Shown in pieces: positions 1-13,416 of a stretch of 64,000 nt of DNA. Source of the DNA: Eledone cirrhosa (lineage: Eukaryota); the NCBI GenBank assembly GCA_964016885.1, contig OZ024742.1, positions 75,578,001 to 75,642,000 on the forward strand. The letters are read 5' to 3'. Below the pieces are notes generated by a model, which saw only the letters and a program-made list of their open reading frames with translations, made no database searches and was not told the DNA's origin. The position numbers were made by a program, and so were the translations under genes. The stretch's first letter is position 1. Each line of letters starts with the position of its first letter.

Positions 1-1200
1 TTAGGACAGTAAGGAGCGTATTAAAATCACATCTAAATAGTAGGAATGTCATAAGTGCAGTGACTTCCCGAGTTGTGTCTATTATTAGGTACAGTGCGGG
101 AATTCTGAAATGGAATGTTGCTGAACAAAAAGAGATGGATAGGAAGACTAGGAAGCTATTGACTATCTACAACATGTTCCACAAGAGGAGTGATGTTGAT
201 AGACTCTACTTAAAGAGATCTGAAGGTGGAAGAGATCTTATCAGCGTAGAGGAATGTGTTTAGATGGAGAAAAACAACCTGCACAAATACGCGACTGACA
301 GTAGGGAGCCAATGCTCAAACCTGTACTGAAGTAGACGACAATAGACCAGGGGATGTCCAAGGAGGAAGAGCAACCTTAATGAAAAATCCCTTCATAGTT
401 CCTTCTTTGAGAAAACTGAATTTAGAGATCCACAGACATGGAACTGGTTAAAAGGAGGAGACCTTAAAAAAGCTACAGAAGTAATGCTAATGACTGCGCA
501 GGAGCAGGCCCTCAGAACGAAGTGGGTGAAACACCATATTTACAAGGAGAAGGCTAGCCCACTGTGTAGGATCTGTGGAGAGAGAGAGAGGAGATTGTGG
601 CTCGCATTGTATCCGAGTGTAAACACCTAGCCCAGACTCACTATAAAGGCTGGAGACATGATGTGATAAGCAGAGTGATCCACTGGCATCTATGCAAAGT
701 AAACAATTTACCACATTCTGAGAAGTGGTATGAGCATAAGCCAGAGTCGGTGATAGAAAACGATCAGGTGAAGGTGCTATGGGATTTTAGGATACAGACG
801 GACAAGAAATTAGAACACAATAGGCCTGACCTGGTTGTTTTGGACAAGGAAAAAGGATCGTGCCTGATTTTAGATGTAGCCTGCCCATTTGACACGAGAG
901 TGCAAGAAAAGGAGAGGGAGAAAATCAACCCGATACCTGGACTTAAAGTGGGAGGTAAACAGGATTTGGAACTGCCATGAAGTCAAGGTTGTCCCGATTG
1001 TCATAGGCGTACTAGGTACTATCTCAAAGAGTTTCCAAGGATGGTTAAAGAAGGTTAGTCCAGCCCCGCTTTTTGGAACACTTCAAAAGGCATGCTTGCT
1101 AGGAACATCGAGAACCCTCCGATACGTCTTTCAGGTAGCGGCTTGATATTCATTTCAACAAACTTTCCAGTTAAATAACATCAATGACTGAGACTCAAAG
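1..1200 (+). mobile_element. 3' part of an R4/Dong-like non-LTR retrotransposon (RT C-terminus, CCHC knuckle, restriction-like endonuclease); pseudogenised
   Basis: ORF pieces DVDRLYLKRSEGGR, CRICGE..IVSECKHLAQTHYKGWRHD, RPDLVVLDK..ILDVACPFD..EKEREK and VVPIVIGVLG; stops and frameshifts; ends in an (AAT)n tail. Confidence 0.85.
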
Positions 1201-1225
1201 AATAATAATAAAAATAATATTAATA

Positions 1226-1406
1226 ATTGTTTCTACTTTAGGCACAAGGCCAGCAAATTACACAGTGCATTACTGGTACTTTTTTTATCGACCCCGTAAG
1301 GATGAAAGGCAAAGTCAACCTCGGCGTGATTTGAACTCAGATTGTAAAGGGACGTAACTATGCTGGAAAGCATGGCGTCCGACCCTCTACCGATACTGCC
1401 AATCCA
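1226..1406 (-). mobile_element. tRNA-derived SINE (family A), full length
   Basis: Minus strand has an A-box-like TGGCAGTATCGG, a B-box-like GAGTTCAAATC, core GCCTTTCATCCTTACGGGGTCGATAAA..AGTACCAG and tail GGCCTTGTGCC..AGAAACAATT. Confidence 0.9.
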
Positions 1407-1409
1407 TAA

Positions 1410-1500
1410 TATTAATAATGATTTCTTAATTCACCACAAGGCTTAACTAAAAAAAAAAACCAAAACATTATGACGGCACAGTACGAAAACATAGTGCGTG
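1410..1500 (-). mobile_element. Short 3' end of a Tx1-like LINE
   Basis: Reverse complement CCTTGTGGTGAATTAAGAAATCATTATT resembles the LINE terminus at 19042-19070. Confidence 0.5.
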
Positions 1501-2423
1501 TGTGTTGCTGTGTAGGTAATATCACAAACAAGAACATTTCTGATATGATAGTAATGGCAGTGCCATAGTTGAAGGGAGGATAGAAAAGAAACGTAAATGA
1601 TGGGCAGGAAATCAATTACATTCAATAAGAAAGAGAAGGCGACGTATGATAAAGAAAAAGACAAATGAAGGGGAAGGGAAATGTTGAGAGAAATTGAGCG
1701 AAAGTTTGAGAAAATGAGAGAAAGAAGAGAAAGCGATAAGGTAATGAAAACTATAACTCGTTAAATTAGAAAAATAGATGGGAATTGAAATAATCAAAAT
1801 AGGAGTAATTAAATAATAATAATAAAAATAGTAATTATAATAATGGTAATGATGATAATAATTGTAATGATGATGATGATGATGATGGATATGGTGAAGG
1901 GGAGTAGTAGGATTGTGGTAATGATTATAATGACTATGATGATATACGCCAAAAATCTCAATTACGTGCTTGAGTAAAACACGTTAATGTTATAAATTAC
2001 AGTCCTTCCTACAAAAGTGTTCACTTTTTGCTCCACAGTAATCTTTATTTCGGGTTATTTAGATTCAGAAAGAAAGCAAGTATCAGGATATCATTATTGG
2101 AACGAATTATCTCGAAGGCGATAATTACCCATATCTACTGAGTGTTATATTATTGTGAACTGTAATGAGATGGTAAAATGGTTTGTATTATTCTTGCAGA
2201 AGTAATCAAAACCATGCTTTATTTCCAATTTGGGGTTAAAAAATTAGTTTCGGAACAGCGTAGTCTTTCGAATAATTCAACTAAGCAAGTTATTTTTTCT
2301 TTTTACCATAGCCTCGAATTGGCAAATACATTTAGAATGTGATTCGGTAAATTGAAACCATACGAAAGTCTATCGTATGAATGTATACACACATATGTAC
2401 GCATGTCTCTCTCTCTTTCTCTT

Positions 2424-2454
<31 letters not shown>

Positions 2455-2579
2455 ATGTATGCGCGTTTGTGTGTGTATGTGTGTTTTCATTCACCGATGT
2501 GTATCAGCAGTTTATGTAATCATCAACTATTAAGTAAACGAAACAGTGCTTTTGAATGGAGAACTTTCCATTATTAGTT

Positions 2580-5500
2580 TGGGCTAATGTTTTTTAACCA
2601 ACCCTGGAAGCTCTTCGAGTTAGTACCTAGTGCTCCTATGACAACGGGGACGACTTTGATCTCGTAACGGTGAATTTTCTCCTCCTTTCCTTGCACTCTT
2701 GTGTCAAAGGGGCAAGCTACATCTATTAGCAAGCAATAACTTTTTTCTCGTCAAAAATCACCAGATCAGAACTAGTGTTTTCTAATTCTTTGTCCATTTG
2801 TATCCTGGAAGTGGTTTTCTATCTTCATCACTAGCTTATGCTCATACCATTTCTCTGAATGAGGTAATTTGTTGTTTGCATAAATGCTAGTGAACCACTT
2901 TTCCTAAGATGTTATGCCTCCATGCTTTATAGTGAGTCTGGGCTAGGGGCTTATATTTGGATACGATGTGAGCCACAGTGACAACTCTTTCTCCATAGAG
3001 TCTACAGAGCGAGCTAGCCTCGTCAATGCCAATATCATGTTTCATCCACTTCATTCTAAGGGCTTTCTCTTGGGCAGCCATTAGCATTCCCTCAGCTGCT
3101 TCCATAAGGCCCCCTATAATTAACCAATTCTATATCTGCGGATCTCTGAATTCTGTTTTCATTAAAAATATGCCATGAAGGACTTTTTCATTCCAGTTGT
3201 ATTCCTCTTTGTTGTTGCTTCTTTCTTGGACATCCCCTGGTCTATTGTCTCCTCAAATACAGCCTTAAGTATTGGCTTGTTACTCTCAGACACATATTAG
3301 TGTAGACAGCTTTTTTGTTTCTAAACACAGCCCTCCACACGGATTAGACCTCTTGAGTACAGTCGATTAATATTAGTCTTCTTATGAAACACACTGTAGG
3401 TGGTAATTAAATCCCTTGTCTTTCTATCCAGTTAGTATTGCTCATTTACATTCCATTTAAGAATTCCCACACTGAGCATAATAATAGACACAGCTCGGAC
3501 ATTTACTGCATTTAAGGCTTTTCTACTATTCAGCTGTCATTTTAGTATGGTCCTTACTCTCCTTATGTGTTCAGATCTTATTACCTCTTTCATTCTGTTA
3601 TCCTTGATGCTCCAGAACATCCAAATACATGTGTCTCTCTTCGGTGTCGATCTCCTTTATCATCACACCTGTCAGCACCTCGATTCCTTTACTTCACTTC
3701 AATTCATCTATCTTCATTACTAAGTCTCCGCACTTATTAACACCAAATTCCATACATATATCATTGCTGAAAATACGAACATTGTTAACAAGTACACCTA
3801 GTCTCTCACGTTCTTTGCGGAATTTTTAATGGCGTCCATGAAGAATACGTGGGATTAGGGTATGAAGGTAAGGACATTCAATAAAGGGGAAAGACTATCT
3901 GCTTGGAAGATATCTCTTGATCTTCACTCTTCCCAACGATTCTTCCCCCGACGTTAGCTCCGTCTCCAATGTCTTGATGCCATTACTTAATATGAATTTT
4001 ATGTTGTCCGCCACCTTGAAGATTTCCAGACACTTGGTTATCCAAAAATGTGGAACCAAATCGAATACTTTCTTGTAATCTATCTATACCATGGCAAGAC
4101 CAGTATGCCTCTTCTTGCAGTTCCTTATTATCATCTTGCTATTAAGTAACTGGTATTTTGTACCACGGAACTTCTTTCGGCATCCTTTCTGTTCGTTCGG
4201 CAATAGGCTGTTTATGTCGAGGTGGTGGTAGACTTTCTTAGACATAATGCTTGTTAGTAATTTCCATATCAAGGACATACTTATGATAGGCCTATAATTG
4301 GTAACATCATTTCTCTTGGTTTGGTCTTTCATTATTAGGACCGTTGTACCTTTTGTCAACCAGTGTGGTACTCCACCCGACACCAAGCAGTCGTTGAATA
4401 AGCCCATCAGTCTCGGGTGGAGTGACGTTATATTTTTAGTCTAATATACTTGCACACCATCCGGGCCTGGTGATTTCGAGTTGGTTAATTTATTGGCCTG
4501 CTTTTTAACAGTTTCAATCCACTCTGGCTGACTATTATGCTCAACATGAAGCTCCCATATCCCTCTCCAAAATGTGTTGATCCGTTCAGCCACAGGAATA
4601 TTCTCTTCCTTTGCCTTCGAGCTGTTCAAATAGCATATTATAGTTGTTGTCTAACATGCAGTTTTGACTATATTGGTTACCTCTGCTCTCATATCTTTCA
4701 TTCCTTGCACTTTTTGCTATGATACCTTGCTTTAGTTACTATATTACAACATTTAGTCCTTTCCCTTAGTGTTGCATTTCCTTGTTAATCTATCCTTGGT
4801 ATCTACCTTTTGTAAGTTTCTGTTTGATAAAGATTAAGTTTCCCGATGTCCTTCCTTATTTCCTTGATTTGACCATTCAACTTCTTCTTCCACAAAGGTT
4901 CTGATCTTTCTCGTCTGTTTTCAATAGTTTTGATACCAAGCAATTTCTTCACTACATTTGCGACTGCTTTGAGAATGTTGTTATATTGTTGAAGATTCTT
5001 CCCCTCAAGGTATTGGACGACCCTGTTTATCTTCGATATCGTTTCTTTTAACATTTTCCTGCCTACAAATCTTAGATTCATACGTTTTCCAGTATCATTA
5101 TTCCTTTCATCCACCATTAAATTCAGAATATCAACAAAATATCCCGCCAGCGTTCATTTTCTCAATGGCAATATCTTTACCCCAGATGCTATTGATCTCA
5201 ATCATTAGACCACTGTCTTCGTCGATTACTTCCTCAGATCTCCCAACCACTTTACCCTAATTTTCTTCTGTCTTATTTGCCTGATTCATTCCGGTTTCCA
5301 CAGGCTCATTTGCCTTATCTACCCCAGTTTCCATTTACAACTTCATCTATCTACTCAGTTCCTCCAATTGCAGCTCAGTAATCCATCCAATAGGTCTTAT
5401 TACAGGCGTCTGGAACGCTAGTTTTTGTTCTTCTAATTTAAATAGACCAATATCGTTCCAGGTTTTATGCACTCGATTCCTACATCGTTTCTAAGTGGGA

Positions 5501-5610
5501 TCCCTTTTCAGATAACATTTCATTACAGTTTTATTCAATTCCTTCATCGAGTTAGTTCTTGCCTCGTTTCTTCTCTTGCCTCCAACAACATTATTATTAT
5601 CATCATTGTT
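2580..5610 (-). mobile_element. Degenerate, near full-length R4/Dong-like LINE
   Basis: Minus-strand fragments KSPGPDGVQ, GVPHWLTKGTTVLIMKD..NYRPI..EQKGCRK..RGTKYQLL and EGMLMAAQEKALR..HIVSKYKPLAQTHYKAWRH; homologous to 1-1200. Confidence 0.85.
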
Positions 5611-5719
5611 ATTATTATGAGGCAGAATTTGGTAGAATCAATTGTCATACAAATGATGCCATAAATGCCATAAACCACAGTAAATTATATTTGAAAGCTA
5701 TTTAAATTGATAATGCCCT

Positions 5720-8700
5720 TCTCAGGACATGTACAATGTCAGTCAGTAAAATGTTCTGTATCTTTTGCAGATATAGCTTTCCAGTTATCTGGTTCGAATA
5801 GTTTTCCGTTCCCTTTTTATCATTTCAAGTGCACTGACTATCACTGGTTTTGTACAGGGTTTAATATGCCACATATCCTCAAATTTAATTGACAGATCTT
5901 TATATATAGTTATCATACGGAACTCTTTCGATGAGATGTTACCATCTGATGTAATGCTCATGTCAATTAAGAAGTGTCTTTTCTCTTTATGGTTCTTCAA
6001 AATTATATCAGGTCTATTAGTTTTGATTGTTCTGTGAGAGTTCACAGAGAAATCCTATAGGATTGACAAATTGTTGCCTCTTGTTATTGCATCTGGGTGA
6101 TGGTTGTTTCATTTCCACTCGAATTTAGACCATAAAACCTGCATATTACCCAGTGTAAATATTGCCCCACTCTATCATACCTCACTTTATATTTTTGGAG
6201 AGCTAATAACACTGTGTAACAACAAATTTCTTTTTCTCTGTTCCTGGCTTGTAATCACTTTTTTTTTGTGTTGCTTAGGTCCCAAATAAATAATAAAAGT
6301 TTGGGTTTGTAAAAATTCTAAGCTATTCACTAGAATTATTTGTATGCTGGATTTTACGTTGTATGTAAGTTTAATTTGCTTTTGTTAAATGATTTTTTTT
6401 ATATATGTTTCTGGTTAAATTAAAATTATAAAATAAAGAGTAATACCTAAAGATAATTATAAAAGTGCAATAAAGTACAAAATTGTTAAAAAGTGGATTA
6501 AAGAGATTTATTAATACTGGATTTTCGCACCCTAATAAAGGGTAAGTTGTGTTTTAAGCACGAATTGTCATTAGTATGATTAGTGTTCTTTTATATTATT
6601 TAAATATGTATTTCCCTTTCCAATATTTATTTTGTATTGCATATCAAATTTATTTTCAAAGACAAGTATTCTGTTGAAGAGGAGGAGATCGATGCTGAGG
6701 ACTTGGATTACCTGCCAGATGTACCAGAAAAAGTTCCTCACTTCCCAAACCAAAAAGAAGTCAATGACTTGGTCAGGGATATGGGTCTGACCAAGTCCAA
6801 TGCAGAGTTATTCGTCTCCAGGATGAAGCAGTAGAACTTGGTCAAGGAGGAAATGCAGGTGACAAGTCAGAAAAGTCGATACGAACCTTTCTCAGTCTTT
6901 TACACTCTTAGCGATGGCCTCTGCTTCTGCCTTACCGTGTCTGGACTGTTTGACGTTATTGGGGTGCCGTTTGTGCCCAAGGAGTGGCGGCTATTTATTG
7001 ACAGCTCCACCACAAGTTTGAAGACTGTCCTCCTCCATAATGGAAACAAGTTTCCGACACTGCCCCTAGCTCAATCAGTCTGCCCGAAGAAAGATTACTA
7101 CTGTGTGAAAGTCCTCTTGGAAGCTCTGCAATACAACCAGTAGAATTGGGAAATCATTGGAGACTTCAAGATGGTGGCTTTCCTGCTTGGACTCCAAGGA
7201 GGCTTTATCACATTCCAATGCTTCCTCTGCCTTTGGGACAGCATAGCCACCTCTGACCATTACAAAAGAAAGAACTGGGAGCAGCGAACAGAATTTGTAG
7301 TTGGGACCCGGAACGTCATGTGGGAACCACTGCTTGATCCCAGGATTGTGCTCATGCCGCCACTGCAAATTAAGTTGGGGTTGATGAAGCAGTTTGTGAA
7401 GGCTCTCAACCAAGAACCAGCCGCTTTTAAGTACCTTCTTGAGTCCTTCCCCAAGTTATCTGAAGCCAAAGTCAAAGGTGGAATTTTTGATAAAGAATGT
7501 GTTTGAGTCTACCGAGTTCTCCAATAAGCTCAATAGGATTGAGAGAACAGCATGGAACTGTTTCAAGGCTTGGTTGTTAAGGGCTTGCTGGGCAACTACA
7601 GAGCTGAACACTACCAGCAACTGGTGCAGGATCTGATAAAGGCTTTTGGCGCCATGGGATGCAGGATGTCGCTTAAACTCCATATGCTGGACGCTCACTT
7701 GGAAAGATTCAAGGACAATATGGGCCCTTACTCAGAAGAACAAGGCAAACTATTTCACCAAGATGTGAAAGAGATAGAGCGGAGGTACCAGGGCCACTAC
7801 ACTGAAAAAATGATGGGGGACTATATCTGGGGGCTAGTGCGGGAATGCGACATGGACTACAACCGCACATCCAGGAAATCCAGTCATTTCTGACGTGTAT
7901 AAGTTGCTTTATAAGTGTAATTTGATTTTACTTGTTTGCTTTTGATAAGCTTGTGTAATCAAATAACTATATAATCTGTTGATTTAATTATATGAACTGA
8001 TAAATTTTAAAAAATGTGTTTCTTCTTGAAAAATATGAAAATTTTGAAATATCAAACTCCTGACCACAAACCCAAACTTCTGATTAAATAATAGTGTTTT
8101 TTTAAAATAATAATGGGATATAACAAACCATGAAATGACACTTAGAACCGAGGAACAAAAAATATGTTACACCGTGTAATTTGCAGCCTGAAACCATGTT
8201 GTCAAATGTCTTAACATGTTCATTGAGGAATCGACATTTTGGGTCAGTTCCGTTTCTGATCACACTGGTTTGAAAGCTGCGCATTGAAAGACTAAAATAA
8301 AGACATCACTCTGCTATTAGCCCAGAAATCCATAGCCATTGATGGGTGAGTGTTTGATGTAGAACAGGGTATTTTCTACGTAACACATACTGCCTTTGCA
8401 GTGGCCTTTGGTCACATTTAGTGCACAGACTCCGTTGATCTCTATGTTTTGCCAAGAATTTGATGTTCTTTGCAGCTTCAATTGCAGAATCACCATTAAT
8501 CTCAAAATCTATTCATAATTCTTTTGCAGATTTTCTCCTTTCTTTTGGGATTGAATGTAACCGCATCTTTCCTTTTGTGATTTGCAACCGTTTCCAGCAT
8601 CCAATCATCTATAATTCTAAGGTACTGATCAAGTCCAATGGTTGATATTGTACGTGACAGCTCAAGCTGGGTAATTCCTCTACCTCCGTTTTGTCTAGTG

Positions 8701-9130
8701 AGATAGAGGCGATCCATATCTGTTTTCAGCGATATATTTTATCCAGTTCAGATATTTCCTGATTTGGGTGAGTATTTAAAAAAAATTAATTACCATTCCA
8801 ATTCATGATATTGCAACTGTTGGTGACACCTGGGATTGCAAGCGGATTCATGACAGGTAGTTTATTCTTTGACTTTCAAGACAACACATGTCCTCCAGGA
8901 GCATTCCTCCTCAATCCTCTCTTTCATGCTGGCCTGGTTTATACCTTAGCCTTCATTGATCCCTAGATATCTGTAGGGTGTTCTTGCTCTTGTTCCTTAA
9001 TTATTGTATTCGCATATATTTTCATTGAGTTTGTGCTTGTCAGTCTGCATTTCATGAATATTGCTTTTGGACATTTTTCCAATCCCAAATCCATCCCTAC
9101 ATCTGTAATGAACATCTTAACTGACTTAAA
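5720..9130 (-). mobile_element. Second, older RLE-type (R4/Dong-like) LINE remnant, interrupted by the DNA transposon at 6210-8176
   Basis: RPDIILKN..FLIDMSITSD..YKDL (5785-6045), DPKCRFLNEHVKTFDNMVSGC (8177-8284) and MDRLYLTRQNGGRGITQLE (8502-8717). Confidence 0.8.
6210..8176 (+). mobile_element. Chapaev3-like (CMC superfamily) DNA transposon, copy 1; broken transposase at about 6660-7893
   Basis: Termini CACTGTGTAAC...GTTACACCGTG with TAA TSD (6207-6209 / 8177-8179). Transposase motifs WRLFIDSS, LLHNGN, PPL.IKLGLMKQFVKAL and SEEQG..FHQD..RYQG. CAC ends with a TWA TSD are characteristic of Chapaev3. Confidence 0.8.
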
Positions 9131-9447
9131 CAGTCATTGAAATTAGTTGGTACTTTTTGGCATAGAGTTTCAAGAACCAATTCTGTGTCTGATTTTCCAT
9201 AATGCCCCGATTTCTCTTTTCAGCTCCTGGTATTTTTTCAGCTTTCTCACTTTCCTTTTCATTCACCCTTATTATTAGGGAGGGCAGATACGGTGATCTG
9301 TTTCTAAACTTTCCATCAAGTACCATTCTGTGCTGCCTTCAATGTTTTCTTATTGGAAAACCTCTGTGGTTAATAAAGAGATCGTTATATTATTTATCTA
9401 TTTTATTGCATTTTTGTTATTGCTATTGTATTTTATTACCAGAACGA

Positions 9448-9491
9448 AGTGAAAGAGAGAGAGATAGATAGATAGATAGATAGATATATAT

Positions 9492-9574
<83 letters not shown>
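9448..9574. repeat. (GATA)n/(GA)n microsatellite
   Basis: Direct reading. Confidence 0.95.
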
Positions 9575-9724
9575 CTTTGAACAGAAAGAATGTTATTGAT
9601 TGATAAGTGTAAATATTGTTATCTCCGTGACACGAGTTAACAGGTTTAAATACTCATTAATGTTTTTAATTATAATTCTGTTCATACACTGCATTAGTTT
9701 ATAGGAATATAGACAGATTTCAGA

Positions 9725-9851
9725 CTTGATTGATAGTATACCTTATTCTTCTTGGAATATTGAAGAGCAAAGTTGACATCTGAGAGATTTGAACTTAGAA
9801 CGTAAATGGCAGCAGCTAAATACAGTAGATAACTTTCACAAATACTGCCAT
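9725..9851 (-). mobile_element. Highly degenerate SINE related to family A
   Basis: GCAAAGTTGAC..GATTTGAACTTAGAACGTAAA..ATACTGCCA matches family A on the minus strand. Confidence 0.55.
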
Positions 9852-10409
9852 AAAGTGGACTTTTGCTTAACGTAGGTCAACAAATGAGGTGAAATGAAAT
9901 TTTCACTACGATTATATGAGGTTATATGAAGTAGCTGGTCATAGCAAATTTGATGAATAAATAAGGATATGCAGCCATACCTGTATATATCTTCAAACGT
10001 TACCTGAAATACTTTGCTACATAAACTTGTCTAAGCTATTTAGCACGACAAAATTTCCATCAAAACGAAAGTTTTTTATGAGATTTTGTTCCCGTGGGAA
10101 AAATTGTTTAGCAGGAATTCATAATTTTTCTTTTGTTAATATAATATATTGTTACTGAATCGTTTATCAAAAGATAATATTATAAAAAAAGAAGAATATT
10201 TATCACATATCCTTTCAGTAATAAAAATCTTCCAGCAACTTTATGATATTCTCCCTAAAGATTTTACTTTCCTTCCCAACATGCTCACACGCATGAATAC
10301 TTAATACATACATACACGCATACGTTCATATTTACATATATACATTAACATGCACAAAGCCACGCACACACATTTATACATATCTATATATGTATATGTA
10401 TATAGATAG

Positions 10410-10458
<49 letters not shown>

Positions 10459-11393
10459 ACTATGCATATATATATTTACATATATATACATATATGTAAA
10501 TATATAAATATATATATATATATATTTATCAACTGGTTTACACTTGGGGAAAAGGGAAGGAAACCTCTATTAGATAGGGTAGTTAGTACACATAGAGAGG
10601 GTGCATAGTTCATTTTAATTAGACATTGCTTCTATTAAACTACTAGAGTGTCATTCAGTTGAAATCATCTGGGAATCTATATTCTGTTGACCAATTCGTT
10701 ATTCATGATCGTAGGATTAAAACGAATAAAAGATGAGGTATGAGAGATGATTTACAATGACGAAGGGGTAGGAGTAATAGTAGTGGAGGAGATGGAGGTA
10801 GCGAAGTGAGTTGAAGAATGGGACTAGCACTTCTCCCTTTTCCACATATTTCAGCTCTCAAATTTTTACAGTGCTTTATCAGTCAATCGTTGTTTACACT
10901 TCTAATTACAGACTTAAAAGCAACGATTGGTTCTATAGCGTTGTGTTAACGCATACGTTTGTCATTAGAGAGCTATAAGTTTGATTCTACATGAATAAAT
11001 ACTACAGAGAACATTTTAACGATATTCTCACTATTATTTATAAATGTTGACTATTTTTAGTATGGTTATTTGCTAGATCGGCATCACTAGAACGACAGCC
11101 ACATGCTTTTACGTTGTTGTCAACTTTGCCTCGTCCTGGGGTCATTTAATCGAATTTATCATTACCCCAAAATTCAGGCCTTGTCTGCTATATTATAGCG
11201 GCGGATAGGTTAAATAATTTAACTCTTCAGTTATTTGTAGTGTAATTGAAACATAATAATTTGCCACAAGAATTGCATATACATCCTCCCTTCATATAGT
11301 ATGTGTTACTAGAGAGGCCAGATATAGTTTGAATGGAAGATACTAAAGCGGAACCCTTTGTTACTTGGTTGGCTATTTGTAGAACATTATTGT

Positions 11394-11484
11394 AACTTTG
11401 CCTTTCATCCTTCCGGGGTCGATAGAATAAAGTACCAGTAATGCATTGGGTAATTGCTGGCGTTGTGCCAAAAAGTAGAAACAA
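11394..11484 (+). mobile_element. SINE A, 5'-truncated
   Basis: Core and tail only, flanked by an ATTATTG direct repeat. Confidence 0.85.
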
Positions 11485-12789
11485 TTATTGAATATAATTC
11501 TTGTATTATTGTTATCACCCTCGCTTATTACATATTGAATAAGACCCTCATTCAATTTTGAAACTTAGTATCTGATAGTTGGTAATGATTTTCTTTTCTT
11601 TCAAACATAGAAATCATTTGAAGCAGATATGAATTCCAATATCACCTTATATAATGAGTAATGTACTTTTTAAAATATCATTATTTAAGATAATACTTTA
11701 TCTTTATGTGGTATGTTTTCATTTTTGATATCATTTATTTTAGCAATAGTCATGTGTCATGAAATGCTACAAAGTATATTTTCCTTACCTCAACCACATT
11801 ACGATAAAGAAATAGAAATAAAGACAACGTTATATGAAACAATCAATGCTTCAAAATGATATAACATCAATACTTTTTAACTCTAAGATATTAAATAAGC
11901 TCGGAAAATTAATTTATGTCGATAGAAAATAACAAATGAGGGGAACATCATCATAATAAACCAATCAAATCCCAATAGCAATTCTTGGTTTTATATATAC
12001 ATACTTTAACACATATTGAATATATAATAGGAGTTGTAATATCTTTAATGGATTAGCAGAATTGTAGAGCTATATTTTCCCGGCTCTTATGTTATAAGTT
12101 CATATATTGTTGAGGTCAAATTTGCCATTCAGCCTACGATCTCCGCAAATTGCTGACCTACTGTCTAAATATAACAATTTATTGTTTTAATGTTGATAGG
12201 TGTAGTTAATAAAAAATAACAACAAAAAAGAAAGCAACAAAAGAGAGGCAAAGGAAGAAATGGGTAAGGATTATTAAGCAACGAAAGAAAGGGGTAAGAG
12301 TGACAGATTCTACACCGAAATCAGAGTGGTGTTTCGGTTACGCACTACGGACAAAATGGCAAAAGCATTGCCACTGACAAAGGTCTAAATTTGAAGCTAA
12401 TATTATTATTATATTTATTATTTTACTAGTTTCAAAACAATCACTTGGTCGTGATATGTTACATGAAATAATAATTGAGTGAACAGTTGCTTCAGCTACC
12501 TTAATGGGGGTCTCGTACATATAACGTAGTGTTGAATATAGATGAAGAATATGTTAAATATAGATGAATAATAGAGGTATATAAGGTTTAACTTAAATTA
12601 ACGGGAATGCCTATTTTAAGCTACACCACATAGGTTTATATGTATTCTGTAATTCCTCCTTAGATTCTGACGATTATACGTAGAATGTGTGCACAGCTAA
12701 TCGATGCTATTTTCTGAATTTCCCGAAGAGAAGTTTCACCTGGGATATTAGTATGCTTTTCACATATTAGTATTCTTCTCTCGAAGAGT

Positions 12790-12975
12790 TTTCAAGGATA
12801 GTTAAAGAATTTTAGTCCAGCTTTTTGTTTTGGAACACTTCAAAAGGCATGCTTGCGGAGAACAGCAATGATCCCCCGATACGCCCTGAATATCTGAGGC
12901 TGAAGGTAGCGGCTTGATGTTCATTTGAACAAACTTTCCAATTAAATAACACCAATGACTGAGAATCCAACAAAT
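12790..12975 (+). mobile_element. 3' terminal fragment of R4/Dong-like LINE
   Basis: Aligns by eye to 1031-1200 and 60155-60330 (TTTGGAACACTTCAAAAGGCATGCTTGC..CTTGAT.TTCATTT.AACAAACTTTCCA). Confidence 0.85.
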
Positions 12976-12988
12976 TAATCATCATCAT

Positions 12989-13172
12989 TGGTGGATTGGC
13001 AGTATCGGTAAAGGATCAGACACCATGCTGTGCATCATAGAAATAAGGCCCTTACGGTCTGAGTTCAAATCCCGCCAAGGTTAACTTTGCCTTTCATCCT
13101 TACGGGGTTGATAAAATAAATCACCAGTAATGCACTGGGATAATTCCTGGCCTTGAGCCAAAAGTAGAAACA
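12989..13172 (+). mobile_element. SINE A, full length, followed by (ATT)9
   Basis: A and B boxes, core and tail present. Confidence 0.9.
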
Positions 13173-13416
13173 ATTATTATTATTATTATTATTATTATTG
13201 GCGACCTATGTAGTAAATCGTAACATCGTGAGCTCCGCAAAGATTTGTTATTTTCAGTTATTTAAAATTGCCATTTATGGAAATTTTTTATTGTTAACTA
13301 TATATAAGTGCACATACATTTATTTCTGAAAAGGACACTCAAAAATATTGGGGCCTTGAGCCCAAAATTTTAACTTTTTATAATTATCAAACAAAAAATG
13401 TTTTCTTTGAAAAATA

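Noticed and set aside
12989-13080. tRNA gene suggested by A and B boxes
   Set aside because: No cloverleaf; these are SINE heads repeated about 16 times.
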